Positions 12,046 through 26,308 of a DNA stretch of 64,000 bases are shown here, in pieces (position 1 is the stretch's first letter; each line of letters opens with the position of its first letter). The translations under genes were made by a program, and so were the position numbers. This DNA is from Octopus vulgaris (lineage: Eukaryota), in the NCBI GenBank assembly GCA_951406725.2, contig OX597830.1, forward strand, positions 14,570,001 through 14,634,000. Reading direction: 5' to 3'. The notes beneath the pieces were generated by a model, which was not told the origin of the DNA, ran no database searches, and saw only the letters and a program-made list of their open reading frames with translations.

Positions 12046-13900
12046 GTATGTGTGGGCGTGCGTCTGCATGTATATACAACTCATTTTTGCCTGCTGATTA
12101 TATGTACGTGAATTTATACATATAAACTAGACTATTGTTCTCTCCTTGCCGGGAAATTTTTCTTGGCGGACTTTCGAAAATGGCACACACATAAGTTGGA
12201 TTTTCCTCCGACTTGACGGGTATTTTTCAAATTGTTTTCCACCACCACGTCCTTGCAAATAATGAGTTGGAGAGGGGAAGCTTTTTATTAAAAAAAAAAA
12301 AAACTTTTGAAAATTTATGAACCTCCCCGTCCCCGCTTCCGGACCGATACTGCCCTTTTTATTATTATTAGTTGTTATTTATTTATTCATTTTTGCACAA
12401 CGCACTTAAAAACACTGGGAGACGCCCTTTCGATACAAAAGAAAAAAAGTTAAAATATTTCACCCCCAACTCCCTCCCTCAGTACTGATTTTGGCCAGTG
12501 TCTTTTTTTTTCTTTTTGCACTAGGCACTTACAAACGATGGGAGAAGCCTTTAAGTTTACAAAAAAATAAAAAACTTTTGGAAATCTGCGACCACCATTC
12601 CAGTCCACGCTTTCATTGTTTTCAAAGAGAAACTGAAACGCTCTTTTAAAAAATAGTGATTTGTATTCTAATGTTTTGCATTAATCCTACCCCTGCCTAT
12701 ATCCTAAAATTTCAGCTTTGTTTCGAATTTTAAAAAAAAATCATACTTCTAAAACATAAACAGACCGAATCTGTAACTTCCGAATGGGTTAAGAGAGAGA
12801 TTTAGCTGTTGTTTCTAGCGCATCCTACGATCACTTTGTACGTTCCCCCGTTTCTTTGTCACTCAGACATGCATTGATGGTTTTTCGATATTTTTTCTCC
12901 CCATAAACACAGTTATGACATGGCTGTTCATTGCTGGGTTTTAAGCAACAACAAAATTTGTAATTTAAATTTTTAAAGCTCACTCCACGCCAAGCGACTC
13001 AGTGTGTGTGTGTGTTTGTTTGTTTGTGTGTGTGTTCGAAAAAAAATTACGGAAAAGAATGTTATTAAAATAAATTATCTTTTACACACCTATTTTAAAT
13101 CATTCTGCCACCCTAATGTAATTCTTTACACACATGCATACACACACAAGCGATATACTTCTATAAAACGTGAGAAAGTTTACCATGAGAAAATGAGATG
13201 GATATATGTTTAGAGAGGAGGAGATCTTTTCTACTGCTGTCATAGATTTTGAAATTTGGAAATTTACGTGAAACTTTTCAGACTTGGTATATTGATGTAC
13301 TTTTCAAGATGAATCGGAGGTTTGGATTCTTTTATTCCAGAAAAAAATTTAGAAAATTGTAGCAGAAGCTTAAATTTTGATCATTTTTACACAATCAGAA
13401 AATACGATTTGTATGTGATGTCTGTCATAAAATGAAATTAATCGCGATAATGCGAGGTTTTAAACAAAATGAAAGCAATGCGTTAGAGTTAATACATATA
13501 CAAAGAGAGTGAAAGAGAGAGGGAGGGAGGGAGAGAGAGAAAGAGACAGACAGACAGACGGAGAGTGGTAGATTGATGGCGACGGAGAGTGAGAGATTTG
13601 TCGATCTAAAAGTTGAGTTATTCCTCGTAGCTAATTATATTTATATATTATTTGCGGACAACTTTCTCTTTGGGATGCAAATTCCGAAATTCAATTTCTT
13701 TTTTTTTTTCTCGAGGACGCCCCTTTTCCGAGCCTTTTGGGGCTAAACTCACATTCATATTCACATACACTCGCATTTATGTATTAGATATATATATAAC
13801 CATTACTTACCTTGTTTGGTCAAAATCGAAGAACATTTATCCACCAATGCGGATTTGAGCACTCATTCTCACTGTTCGATATTAGCGTGCGTGTGTGTGT

Positions 13901-13983
<83 letters not shown>

Positions 13984-14331
13984 CATATTATGGAAAATGA
14001 TATGTATACAATATAATGCATACACGCTCTCACACACATATTTACGTAAATGTACTATATATATATATATAAACACATGTACAATGCAATATGAAATATA
14101 TCTTTATCTAGCTGGCTGTCCTTATATACATATTAATAATAATATTTTATAAGCTCATAAGCGATCACCGTGCATTGAATAAGGTAAATCTTCTCGACGG
14201 AAAGAAGTTGGGTCGTCTATACGCGTGGGACACGAAAACACCTCTATGTTTTCGCGACAAGTGAGCTATCATTATATCAACGTATCTATAGCTTTTCCCT
14301 GTCAGATTTAAGAAATAAAATTTCGTAGTGT

Positions 14332-15026
14332 TGATTTTTGGTAAGCGGTGTCGATTTTACAAATCTGTAATTAGTAATAATATTTTACAACCTTAAAGCT
14401 TATAAGCCATCACCGTGCATTGACTAAGGTAAAGTGTCCAACAGTGGGGCGTATAAGCACCCGACGGCAAAAGTAGGATTGTCCTACGCGTACGGACAAC
14501 CCTACTTTTTCCGTCGAGTGCTTATATGCTCCACTGTTAGACAATTTACCTTAGTCAATGCACGGTGATGGCTTATATGCTTTAAGCTTATAGAATACTA
14601 GCACTATGACCCGGCAACGCCGGGTCATAGTGCTAGTGCATGCATATACAGCTGCGCGCGTGCGCACATAAACGCGAGTACCCTCCAAATCTCCGACCAA
14701 TCACATACAGCTAGCTGGAATTCAATTGGCGTATCAAGTTTTGGGCATTTTGATTGGGTTTTGGATAGAAAATTCACAAAAAAGTCACTTCTGTTAATTT
14801 TCTAATGGTTTGCGGGGTGACTGGGGAAATGTAAAGATGTGCACGACCACCCTTGGACGGTTTTGAATGACCATAGAAAGTGCGAGCTCTCTAACTGAAA
14901 AATTGTGGATTTGTATAAAGGACACGCACACACACACACACACAGACAGACATTTGGCCGTTTATATATTATAGAGATTATTACTATTTACAGATTTGTA
15001 AAATCGACACCGCTTACCAAAAATCA
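14332..15026. mobile_element. Foldback/MITE-like palindromic element interrupted by a Helitron
   Basis: Outer arms 14332-14380 and 14978-15026 are reverse complements. An inner imperfect hairpin spans 14381-14597, centred near 14490. A related partial copy lies at ~14150-14235. Confidence 0.8.
14598..14977 (-). mobile_element. Non-autonomous Helitron (380 bp)
   Basis: Minus strand starts TCTCTATA and ends in a GC-rich hairpin plus CTAG. It sits between host A and T with no TSD, and removing it restores the host palindrome arm. Confidence 0.85.
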
Positions 15027-15047
15027 TCGCGCACAGACACACACATG

Positions 15048-15052
<5 letters not shown>

Positions 15053-15108
<56 letters not shown>
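15053..15108. repeat. (AG)n microsatellite
   Basis: Direct inspection. Confidence 0.95.
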
Positions 15109-15112
<4 letters not shown>

Positions 15113-15719
15113 GATTCAGATAAAGAAAAATAGAATGAGCGTAGCGCATAGGAAGGTAATTAGAATTTTTATATTTTTTCCAATAATCTTCTCAACTTTG
15201 ATATGTATTAATATCTTTGTACCACTTTTTCTCACTCTTCATATTTTGTTGTTATTCACAAGTAACGTTAGCAGAAACAGCAGCACCGAGGGCACACACA
15301 TAGACACACTGACACACACATACTGACACACACACACAAGCATTCTGCCAATCGAAGAAAAAGTTTGGGAAACTTTTCCAAGGCAACTGAACCTCTCCGT
15401 CTCTCGATTTTGATATCGGCGCGAAATCTCGTTCCTCGGAAAGTTTTGCCTCTCTGATGTCAAGATCAATGTGTAGTGACATGCTTTCCTTTAGTAGGTG
15501 GCCTTCCTCTGAAGAATTCTCTTCGGCAACAGCATTCTCAATATGTATTCTGAGTAGAGTTTTACAAGATAAAAGGAGAAAGATGAAGAGGACCACCAGC
15601 TTTATTGGTGTGGGATGGACAAGCGATTCGTTCTTCTGCTTCATTTTAGGTATTTGAACCAATTTTTTTTTAACCTTTAGGGGAATGAATGGTTTCTTAT
15701 TCAGGTATAATACAAGTAT

Positions 15720-16610
15720 TTTGAAAGAGATGGTGCTAGTGGATTACATCGACCACAGAACTTGACTCGTGCTCTATTTCATCGATTCTGAGAGTAAGAG
15801 AAAGTTGCACTTGGTTTGGTGAGATTTAAACTGGAGGCGTGAGATATTTTGTCTGTCTGACGTTGTAACGATTTTGCCATTCTATCGCCCTCAAGCGGTT
15901 TCTAATTCAGACTTAAAGACAGCAATTTTGAGTGAAAAGTATCAGTTTAATATACAAACCGTAGTAAGGCGGCGAGCTGGCAGAATCGTTAGCACGCCGG
16001 GCAAAATGTTTAGCGGATATTTCGCCCGTCTTTACTTTCCGAGTTGAAATTCCACCGAGATTGACATTGCTTTTCATCCTTCCGGTATCGATAAAAAAAG
16101 TACCAGCACCGGGATCGATGTAATCAGCTTATTCCCCTCCCCGAAATTACTGGCCTTGTGCCAGAATTTGAAACCAATATATTGATCCTAGTAACTCACC
16201 TTATAAGTTCTTTTCTCTTCCGTATGTATGACCGAGTAAAGTTAACCTCTTAGAGCGTAAATGTCCGTAACTTAATATTTATCTCAAATTTTGACGCCAC
16301 AAGGCCAGTAATTTCGCTCGAAGTGGTAAGTCAATTACATCGACCCCCAGGGTCGGACTGACACAAGTTTTATCAACTCCGAAATAAAGAAAGCCGAAGT
16401 CGACTCGGCAGCATTTGGACTCGGAACGTTAAGATGGATGGTGTTGGTGTGTTTACGTCCTTTAACTTAGCTGTTCGGCAAAAGAGACCGATAGAATAAG
16501 TAACAGGCTTAAACAACATAAAAGAATACTGGAGTCGATTCATTCGACAAAAATCCGGGAAGGTGATGCCCCACTATGGCCGCAGTCTAATGACTGAAAC
16601 AAATAAAAGA
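15720..16610. mobile_element. SINE cluster: family A (-, + at 15966-16180, -) and the 3' half of family B (16439-16610)
   Basis: Family motifs as above, in both orientations. Confidence 0.75.
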
Positions 16611-17309
16611 ATATATGTATGTATATACTTATAATAATAAATGCCAAAACGAATTTCTGTGTGTCAGTGTGTCACACTTTGACCCCCCTCTCTCACTATT
16701 CAATGGCACTACTTCTACTCCTCTTGCTCGGGCGAGATTAAAGTAGACATAGAGACGGTGACGGCGGTAGTAGATTGACAGTTGAGATGGTAATAGGGTG
16801 ATAGTAATAGTATGAGCTGTAGTTGTGATAGAGGCGGAGGCGACGATGATGATGGTGGTGGTAGTGGTAGCTGAGGCGGTCAAGCATGACGGTGATAGAA
16901 AGGGGTGTGAAAGACAGTGGTGATAGTGGTGGAGGGGAAGGCGGTGGAGTTGAAGGTGTTGAAGAGGGTGGTGGTGTCAGAAGTCTGAATGGTGTGTGTA
17001 TGGCAGTTGTGGTGACGGTGGTAATGGTGATAGTGGGGGTGATGGTTGAAAACAATTAACAGAAAAAGAAAAAGAAAGAAAGAAAAAGGTTAGACAGAAA
17101 AAAACTTGTACTGACCCCCCCACACACACACAACGAACTGGAAGACAAAACATGTTGTTTATCATGAAGCTTTGCAATAATTCCAAGTCGACAAACTGTA
17201 TCATTGTTTTGACGAAAATTGTTCATTGCTTGAAAAATATTGGTCAAGTTTAATATGTACTTTAATATGTACCCAATGCATGAAATGCCATTATTGGGCT
17301 CAAGGCCCA

Positions 17310-17351
<42 letters not shown>

Positions 17352-18134
17352 ATAATTGGTGGGGTTGTGTTGACCACACGTAGAGAAATGAAAGGAGAAG
17401 AAAAATTATAAGGCAGAATGCTTAATTTAAAGTAAATTTTTTCCATACACCCATTTTAATTAAAATTTACTTTCAATTTAGTATTCTGCCTTATTATAAT
17501 TTTTCCTCTCCTATATATATATATATGGTTTTGGCGGGGGAAGTTGAAATTTGATATTATTGTGATGAGTGGTCACTCTACATCTATCCATCACTACAGG
17601 TTTATAGCTTTATGTTTATAGTGTGTATGTGCGTGCATATACATACACATACATATATACATACATACATACATACATACATACATACATGCATACACAG
17701 GCGTATGTACGTACATGCATACATACATACATACATACATGCATACATATGTGTATGCATACATACACACATACATACGTACATATATATGACGAACTAA
17801 CTGTTACTTTCTCAGATGCAGCCCGGATTTTTAGCGACGAAAATATTGAGAAATTAAACTTAAATGTTGAAGTGAATCGAACGGCTTTTGTGTGTTTCTT
17901 GAATGGCTTACAAACACCTTCCACGCTGCAATTGTTTTCGTTTCAGCACATGATCTCAGATCAAATTACTTGCTATGCGAGTACATCTCCTATATATATA
18001 TATATATATAATTTACAAGATAAGGGCAGCAAAAAAATTCTAATGCCAAATATGCCGAAACAAAAAATTGTCGTCAACCATTATAATTTATGCGTCTCGA
18101 AACAAACCGATAGAAATCTCTAAAAAATTCGTTA

Positions 18135-18195
18135 TTACCGTATTGATCCAATTTCGGGGTTAATTCATAAGAAATTTTCCCCTCTTCAGCGGCAA
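18135..18195 (-). ncRNA. Type I hammerhead ribozyme with intact core
   Basis: Minus strand UUGCCG-CUGAAGA-GGGG(19 nt)CCCC-GAA-AUUG(GAU)CAAU-A/CGGUAA. All three helices pair; AUA cleavage triplet between 18141 and 18140. Confidence 0.85.
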
Positions 18196-18939
18196 ATACG
18201 CGAGATATAAATGAAATACTTACTCATACCCAAGTACATAAACGATAAACAGAAATACGTTGAGCTGTGGAGAATGCATCCAAACTACGACACTCCGCAC
18301 GTTACTATACGTCACTACGACTGCACATGCGCAGAACGTGAATGAAGTATAGTGTGACAGTAAAGTTAGAGCTGCGGGTCTCACCTTGTCGCTTGATCGA
18401 TTACTTAAGGCTGAAAAACAACAACAAAAGCGTTGCTACTTGAATCAGGAGTAAATCTTAGCTGTAACAAAACAAAGCAAAACAAAAAAAAAATATAAAA
18501 AAAGAGACTTTTATGACAATGAATACATTTTACTAAAATATTCATGTTCTCTCACTATTTCACTATTTAAAAACAACATTTTGAAGGAGAGAGCAAGGAA
18601 TCAATCTTGGAATTCTAAAGAACGTCTTAGATTATTCTTTCATTTCACATCCCGGAATCTTTCTCACGGGATACTTTATCTCGAATGAACATATTCTATG
18701 TGAAATTTCATTATTATATTGCTGTGCTTGAACTGATGTACACAAATTTATTGTAATTAAAATAGAAATTGAGTCATATTGTCATTTCACTAATTTCCCA
18801 ATTTCATTTTTTTTTTCACTTATTTCTCTATTATTTTACCAATCAGTTCTTGACTTTGACCACTCCACCTTGTCTAATTCGTCTAACGTTAACAGTTTTA
18901 TATTATCTCGTTTCATATTATTTCGTCTCACTTTTGGCT

Positions 18940-19310
18940 TTTGATATTTATCCATCGCCCGGATTTAAAACATCTTCCATACCACTTGGCTACTCTTAGC
19001 GGAGTCTTACATAATTGCAAGTTATCAGTAGCCACGCTAAGTTTTCAGCTGAAGATAACTTATTTCCACTCAACAAACCCGAAAACCATAAAACCATGGT
19101 GGGCGTTGCCCTTCATCATCTGGCTAACCCATTAAAAAAGAATTAAATAGGTCCTGCGATTGCGATCATAGAAAATCTTCGACAGATTATATCCCAAACA
19201 CATCAATAGGGAAACATTATTGGTTGTGTACTTAATGATTGTATCGATAACATTTAAGTTCATAACAAATCAATAATGATTCTGCAGATAGCGAGTCAAT
19301 GTAGTGTATG
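18940..19310 (+). mobile_element. Possible highly degraded Penelope-like RT fragment
   Basis: Pieces such as ..KIFDRLYPKHINRETLLVV resemble the PLE RT region FLxxLPxxIxxxTLLVSFDV. Many stops. Confidence 0.3.
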
Positions 19311-19386
19311 TGAATGGAAGAATATGTTTTATACGTTACTGAGTCAGTATGCATAGAAAAAATGTCGCGCTTAAAAAATGCAATCG

Positions 19387-19440
<54 letters not shown>

Positions 19441-19782
19441 TGTGTGTGTGTGGAGGATGTATGTGTGTATGTATTTATATATATATATATACATATATGT
19501 GTATATATATATATATATTATACATTATATATATATATAACGATGTTTTAGGAAATGCATATGAAGGCATTAACATCAGATGTTATATAGTGGAATTGAA
19601 TTTCTTTGATGAATCCAAAGATTGGGTGTTTAACAAAGAGTTACATAATTTTCTTTCTTATATCTTCATTAATATGTATGTATATATGTATACATATATA
19701 TATACATATATACACAGAGATACGCGCACACACACACGCATATACATATATTCATATTTGTATCATATCTCTGTGTGTGCTA

Positions 19783-19824
<42 letters not shown>

Positions 19825-21289
19825 ATTGTATGAAATTCCTACATAAGATTTTTATGTTCTAGGAATAGTCAATCATTCTATAAGGAATTTCATCGTACAA
19901 TTCCTATGTTCTAGCAATGGTCTATCATTCTATGTGAAATTTCATCATTACATTGCTATGTTTGAGCTGATGTACACAAATTTATTGTAATTAAAATAGA
20001 AATAGAAGAAAAATAGTTTTAAGCAAAAATTTTTCAAAATACCATTTTTATGTCAAAACAAAACAAAAAAATATAGAAAATGCAAAAGATAAGCTGGAAA
20101 TTTGAAAATGCTGCCAGTAAAGGCTATAGAAACTAAGAGACAGACATGCAAACAGAATGAGCTTGATGGATGTAAGCGAAATAACAAAGAAGTGATAGGA
20201 AGACAAATTTTTAATGAAATTCGAAAAGATAAAATACACAGAACAAATACAAAAGTAAAATTAGAGTTATGGTGTTGGGGAGATTGAATTCTGGGAAGGA
20301 TCTGGGGGGAAAGAGACAGTGAATATATTTTAAATGGAAGAAGAAATTAAAATGAGAGAAAGAGAAGTGTACAGTCAGTGAGCGCTTAAAAATGAAAAAA
20401 TCGATGGGCCACAGCCTAAATGATGTGCTTGATAATTCCACTGGGTTGCAGATGACGCCATGTTTGTGCAGATGAAAACCTACAAAAAAATCCTTAAAAT
20501 ATAATTTCAAAAAATTAAATAAAATTGAAAACAAAATTTTAAAACATTCCAATAAATTTGATGATAAAAATGCTAAACAAAACGAAAAATAAGTAAAAAT
20601 AGAGTCGATGTTTTTTTGTGTTTTATTAATTTTTTGAATTAAAGGTTTTAGATTTTTAAAAAAAAAACTCTTCTTTTTTATTATTATAATTTTTCGGGGT
20701 TTGACAAGGTGAGCTGGGTCTGAGAGGAAGATGGATGGGGTGCAAAATGATAAATAAAAATGAAAACCTAAAAAAGAAAAACTTGTCTAGAAAATAGGAA
20801 TGAAAGAAGCAGCCATTAAAAAATGTGAAAAATACTTTTCTGAGGCAAGTTTTCAATAAAAAAAAATATATATATAAATAAGAATTTTTTTAAAGTAGAA
20901 ACATGCAATTCAAGAAAAAAATAGAAATTTAATTAGTGCGCTTAGAATCGAATTCTTTCCTTTTTTTTTTTTTATTTCACTTTATATTATTTTAGAGAAA
21001 TTTTTCAAAATTTATTTTATTATATATTTTTATTTATTTTTACAGGAAAAAAAAACATACCGAACAGGGACGGCTGGTAAGAAAAAATATGAAAAGTAGT
21101 GTGTGAGAGAGAAAAAGAGACAGAGTAAAGGTGGGAGAGAGAATGCGTGAGAGAGAAAGAGTGATAAAAATAGGAGACGTGCAGGGAAAATGGGAGTTGT
21201 GAGGGAAAATTAAGAGAGGCATATAGATTCAACGATTTCAGGGAGAGAGTATAGGGGTACATACATAAATACATACATAAAAACTTGTA

Positions 21290-21322
21290 GGGACGCAGAT
21301 ACATACATGCATAGATACATAC

Positions 21323-21381
<59 letters not shown>

Positions 21382-22155
21382 ATAGTTAAACTTAATATGT
21401 GTGAGTCTATATTTGTGAATATGTGTAAACGTATATACGTGTGATTAAAACCATACACGTATACATACATATGTAAATGTGTTTTGATATATGTATGTAT
21501 ATATGTGTGTAAATATATACAAATGTATGTGAATGCTTAATATATTTAAACATGCGTATGCATTTAAAACAATATACATGTAAATATATATATATATATA
21601 TGTATGTATATATATATATGTATATATATATATATGTAGATATATACATATAAATACATTTATATATGTGTATGTATATGTATGGTATACATATATACAT
21701 GCTTACACACAGCCATTAACATTACACAAACGTACACGCATACTGTATGCGTATACATATACACACATATATATATAAATATATGTGTATATACATATAC
21801 ATACATACATATATATATATATATGCATTCAGAGAAAGAGAGAGGGGAGTGAGAGGGAGAGAGGAGAGAGTGATAGAGAAGGGGTATGTGTGCATTTGAG
21901 AGACAGAAGGAGGTGAGGGAGAGAGAACGACATGCGCAAATGTGCATATACTTGTGCATGAATGTGCGCACATGCATGAATATTTACACATGTACACATA
22001 TGCACATTTAAATATGTATACGCGCACATATATATGAACATATTTGTGCGCATGTACGGACATATGGAGATACCTTTCTCTGAAGATATTTAGTTACGTA
22101 TGCATATATATGTGTGTGGTTGCGTATATACCCATACACACACGTACACGCACAC

Positions 22156-22211
<56 letters not shown>

Positions 22212-22294
22212 GTGCACATGCATGTGTATGCATACATAAAATTCGACACGCACAGTTATAAAATACACATATACACATATATGTACATAGGTAT

Positions 22295-22325
<31 letters not shown>

Positions 22326-22354
22326 CATATATATATATATGTGTGTGTGTGTAC

Positions 22355-22406
<52 letters not shown>

Positions 22407-22640
22407 ACATATGTATATATGTGTATTTGTATTTGTATATATACACATATACATGCATATAAAATTATACTCATATACACACATATATATGTTTGTATGT
22501 ATGTATATGCAAGCATACATATGGCCATGGAGATATATGTATGTATGTATTAAGGGTATGTAAAAGTTTGCACTTGTCTATGCATCTATATAAGCATGTG
22601 TGTGTGTGTGTCTGTGTGTCTGTGTGTGTGTCTGTGTGTT
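21290..22640. repeat. Compound TA/TG/CA microsatellite field
   Basis: Direct inspection. Confidence 0.9.
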
Positions 22641-22979
22641 CATTCATATGTGCTTATGTGTTGGTAAAACAAAAGATCTAAAATAAAAGGTGATATAAAA
22701 AGAATGATTGTAAGGCGAAATAAGTAGAAGGCATGGGGTGATGATGATGAGAATGGTCTGGGTGGGTGGGTGGGTGTGAGGAGCGGGATGAGGCTAGAGA
22801 TGGAAGTGGTGGTTGGGGTAGGGGCCAGAGAGGAAAAGGGGATGTAGAAAATGTTAATCAAGCGCCTCAATGGTTGCTAATAACAAACTCGGGCAGGCAG
22901 CAGTCTTGCTTCCTTTTCTCCTGCATCTTTATCAGCCTCTCCGTTCTCATTATGCATGTGCCCCATCCTCTGGCAGATA

Positions 22980-24960
22980 CACCTACTAGTTTCTCCCCAC
23001 CCCCACCGACTACCACCCGACACCACTCATCTACACCACACGGCGGCCATCATTGATTCCACACACCGCTATCACAACACTCGCACCACTGCGACTACCA
23101 CTGTTAATATCTACCACTGTCACCTCCACCCTCCCTAACTCTACCACCATCATCACATCACCATCGACATTACCACCGTCACCACCACTGCAACCATCGC
23201 CAACACCACCACTACCACTATCACCAGCATGATCATCACCACCACAGCAACCATCGCCAACACCACCACCACTACCTCTATCACCAGCATGATCATTACC
23301 ACCACCACCATCGCCACCTATACTACCAGCTACCACTAACACCACAACTACCGCTACAACCATCGTTCCCACCACTGCCGCCATCGTCACCACCACGATT
23401 ATCATGGCCGTTACCACCACTACATTGTCTAGTGCAAGGACAACTATCACCACCGTTGCTACCATTGCCACTCCAACTGCGATGATCTCCAATACCACTG
23501 GCATTTCCCTATACCATTATTCATCACTACATACTACCATCTGTATCATCACCACTATCATTAAGACCACAAACATCACCACAAACAAAACCACCACCAC
23601 CACCACCACCACAACTACCATCACCATCACCACCACCACCACTACCACCATCACCATCACCACCACCATCACCACCACCACTACCACCATCACCACCACC
23701 ACTACCACCACCTCCGTCACTAATTCCACTGTTTCATTATTATCTAATGAGTATGCGTCTAAGTGTTCGTCTAACGTGCTAGAAATAGCAGCAAAATGGC
23801 CCTCATTTTAGGGAACAGACACACTTGATAATTGGAACTTAGTTCCTCTTTCCTGGAAATAGGATCAATATAGGATGGTCACGGCTGGAATACCTTTCAT
23901 AAATTCTCTAGAACAGGGCTGTTCTCGGGGCTAAGCAGCAACACCACCATCAAGAACAACAACTACAACAGCAGCTGCATCACTACTACTACTACTACAA
24001 CTACCACCGCCACCACCACCATCACTACCACTACCACCACCACCACTAATACTACTACTACTACTACTATATCTATACCGCCATCATACCACCACCATAC
24101 CACCACCACAACTATCGTCGCCACTAACTCCATTATTGTCACCAAAACTGATGTCAATAATCCCACCATCACACCACCACCACCACCACCACCAGTACCA
24201 CCACTATCATCACCACCACCACCACCACCATACTCACTGCAACCATCGCTACCACCAACACCAACACTACCACCACTATCACTACCACCACCGCCACCAC
24301 CACCTCTGTCACTAATACCACTAGATTAATACTCCCACTCTTGCAATATCGCCAACACCGTCCACTCCCAAAGCCATTTACACCCCGCCACAACCATCAT
24401 CACCACCACCGTCGCCCTCACCTTCCCCTCTATCACAAATGTGCTACCACTCCCAACACCACCACCACCACCACCACCACCACTTTCAAAACCACTTGGC
24501 ACCACCGACAACCATATCTATTAACACCACCACCACCACCACCTCCACCGACACTACCACCACCACCACCATGTTACCACTGCCTCCACTTCAACTACTA
24601 TATCATTCTTCACCTTTCCTTCTCCGTTGAATCCCTTACCCCCACCCCCCTTTCTACCCGCCTCTCATTCCTCCATCACCATCATCATCATCATCATCAC
24701 ATCATCATTTGTCGCCATCGTAATCATCATCATCATCAGCAGCAGCAGCAGCATCCTCGTCGGCCTCGTCATCATCATCATCATCATCATCATTATCAAG
24801 CTGTCACCATAATCACAACAATTTATATACTGTAGCTCATGTTGATTCATGATCACCACCGCCGTCGCCACCACCGCCGACCACCGCCGCCGCCACCACC
24901 GCCACCACCAGCGCCAACGTCATCATCATTATCAGCCCCATCCTCATCATCGTCATTTTT
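22980..24960. repeat. Degenerate (ACC/ACT/ATC)n trinucleotide low-complexity tract
   Basis: Produces the poly-Thr/His/Pro/Val ORFs. Contains a ~57-60 bp internal duplication at ~23191-23310. Confidence 0.9.
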
Positions 24961-25115
24961 ATTAATTATATTATGCCTGTGTATCTATGTCGCTTTCATT
25001 TTCATTGCTACCCCCCCCCACGCCTTTGCCATCATCACAAACATTTCATTATTTTATCTATTTAAACATTACTTACACCACACACACACACACACACACG
25101 CACACACATATATAC

Positions 25116-25155
<40 letters not shown>

Positions 25156-25254
25156 TATATATATATAAACATACATAATGTCTATATGTATGCATGTATG
25201 TGTATGTATACACACCCATTTATATATATATATATGTATGTATACGCACACATT

Positions 25255-25324
<70 letters not shown>

Positions 25325-25399
25325 ATGTCTATATGTATATGTATGTATGTATGTATACACACACACATATATATATATATGTATGTATACACACACATG

Positions 25400-25431
<32 letters not shown>

Positions 25432-26308
25432 CACGCACACTCACACATGTGCGTGCATATACATACAGGCAAACATACATGTATATATGTGTATGTGCAA
25501 ATATGTATGTGTGTACGTGTGTATGCGTGTGTGTGTGCGTGTGTGTGCGTGCATACACCTCACGAAACTCCTTCCTTATCACTTCTGCCATCACCATTAA
25601 CAACAACAACATCAATTCCAGCAGTAACACCACTCAACAAAAACAACAAACAGCCAAAATTACTACTAATCATTGTTATCACCATCATCAGCATCATTAT
25701 TATTAAAATTACCAACCCCCTCATTATTTCCGCCATGTTTATATTTCTCCTAACATCGATATGTCATTCCTATGGCGAGATATTTCCTCCGTTTCATATA
25801 TAGCTCACGTTAACTGCTGCTCCGCCTTCATTTATCAAAGCCACCATTTTCAATCCAATTCTCACACATTTTCCCCCAACAACTTGACATTAAGAAACAA
25901 ATCTTCAGAATTGTTACCATTAATTCAAAAATCATCTCATCTATGCGCCATTGAGTTCTGCTTTAAACAACATCGCTATTCTATTAAACGACAGAAGAAT
26001 GTATTTTTAGGGTTTGCCCATATTTTTAGATATTAAACACGAAACAATTAGGCAATGAGTTATTCATTACATTGCAGTACAACTGCCCCTAATGCCCTAC
26101 CTTTAAATTGAGTTGAGACAATACTGGTTTTGCTTCCTCTTCTATATCACCTCGTAGTCATTCTCAGTAAAACAATGATTTCAGTAAATAAGTAGGACGC
26201 TAAAATGTTAACTGTAATCAAAAGAAATAATTATTATTTTGTTTTCAAAACATTTCTTCTGTAGGCTGTAAATAAAAGTTGTAAATAAAAGCTGTAAATA
26301 TAGGTTAT

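Noticed and set aside
23031-25168. Mucin-like, poly-His and poly-Pro ORFs
   Set aside because: Open in several frames and on both strands because of (ACC)n-type low complexity; interrupted by other sequence and without supportable splice structure.
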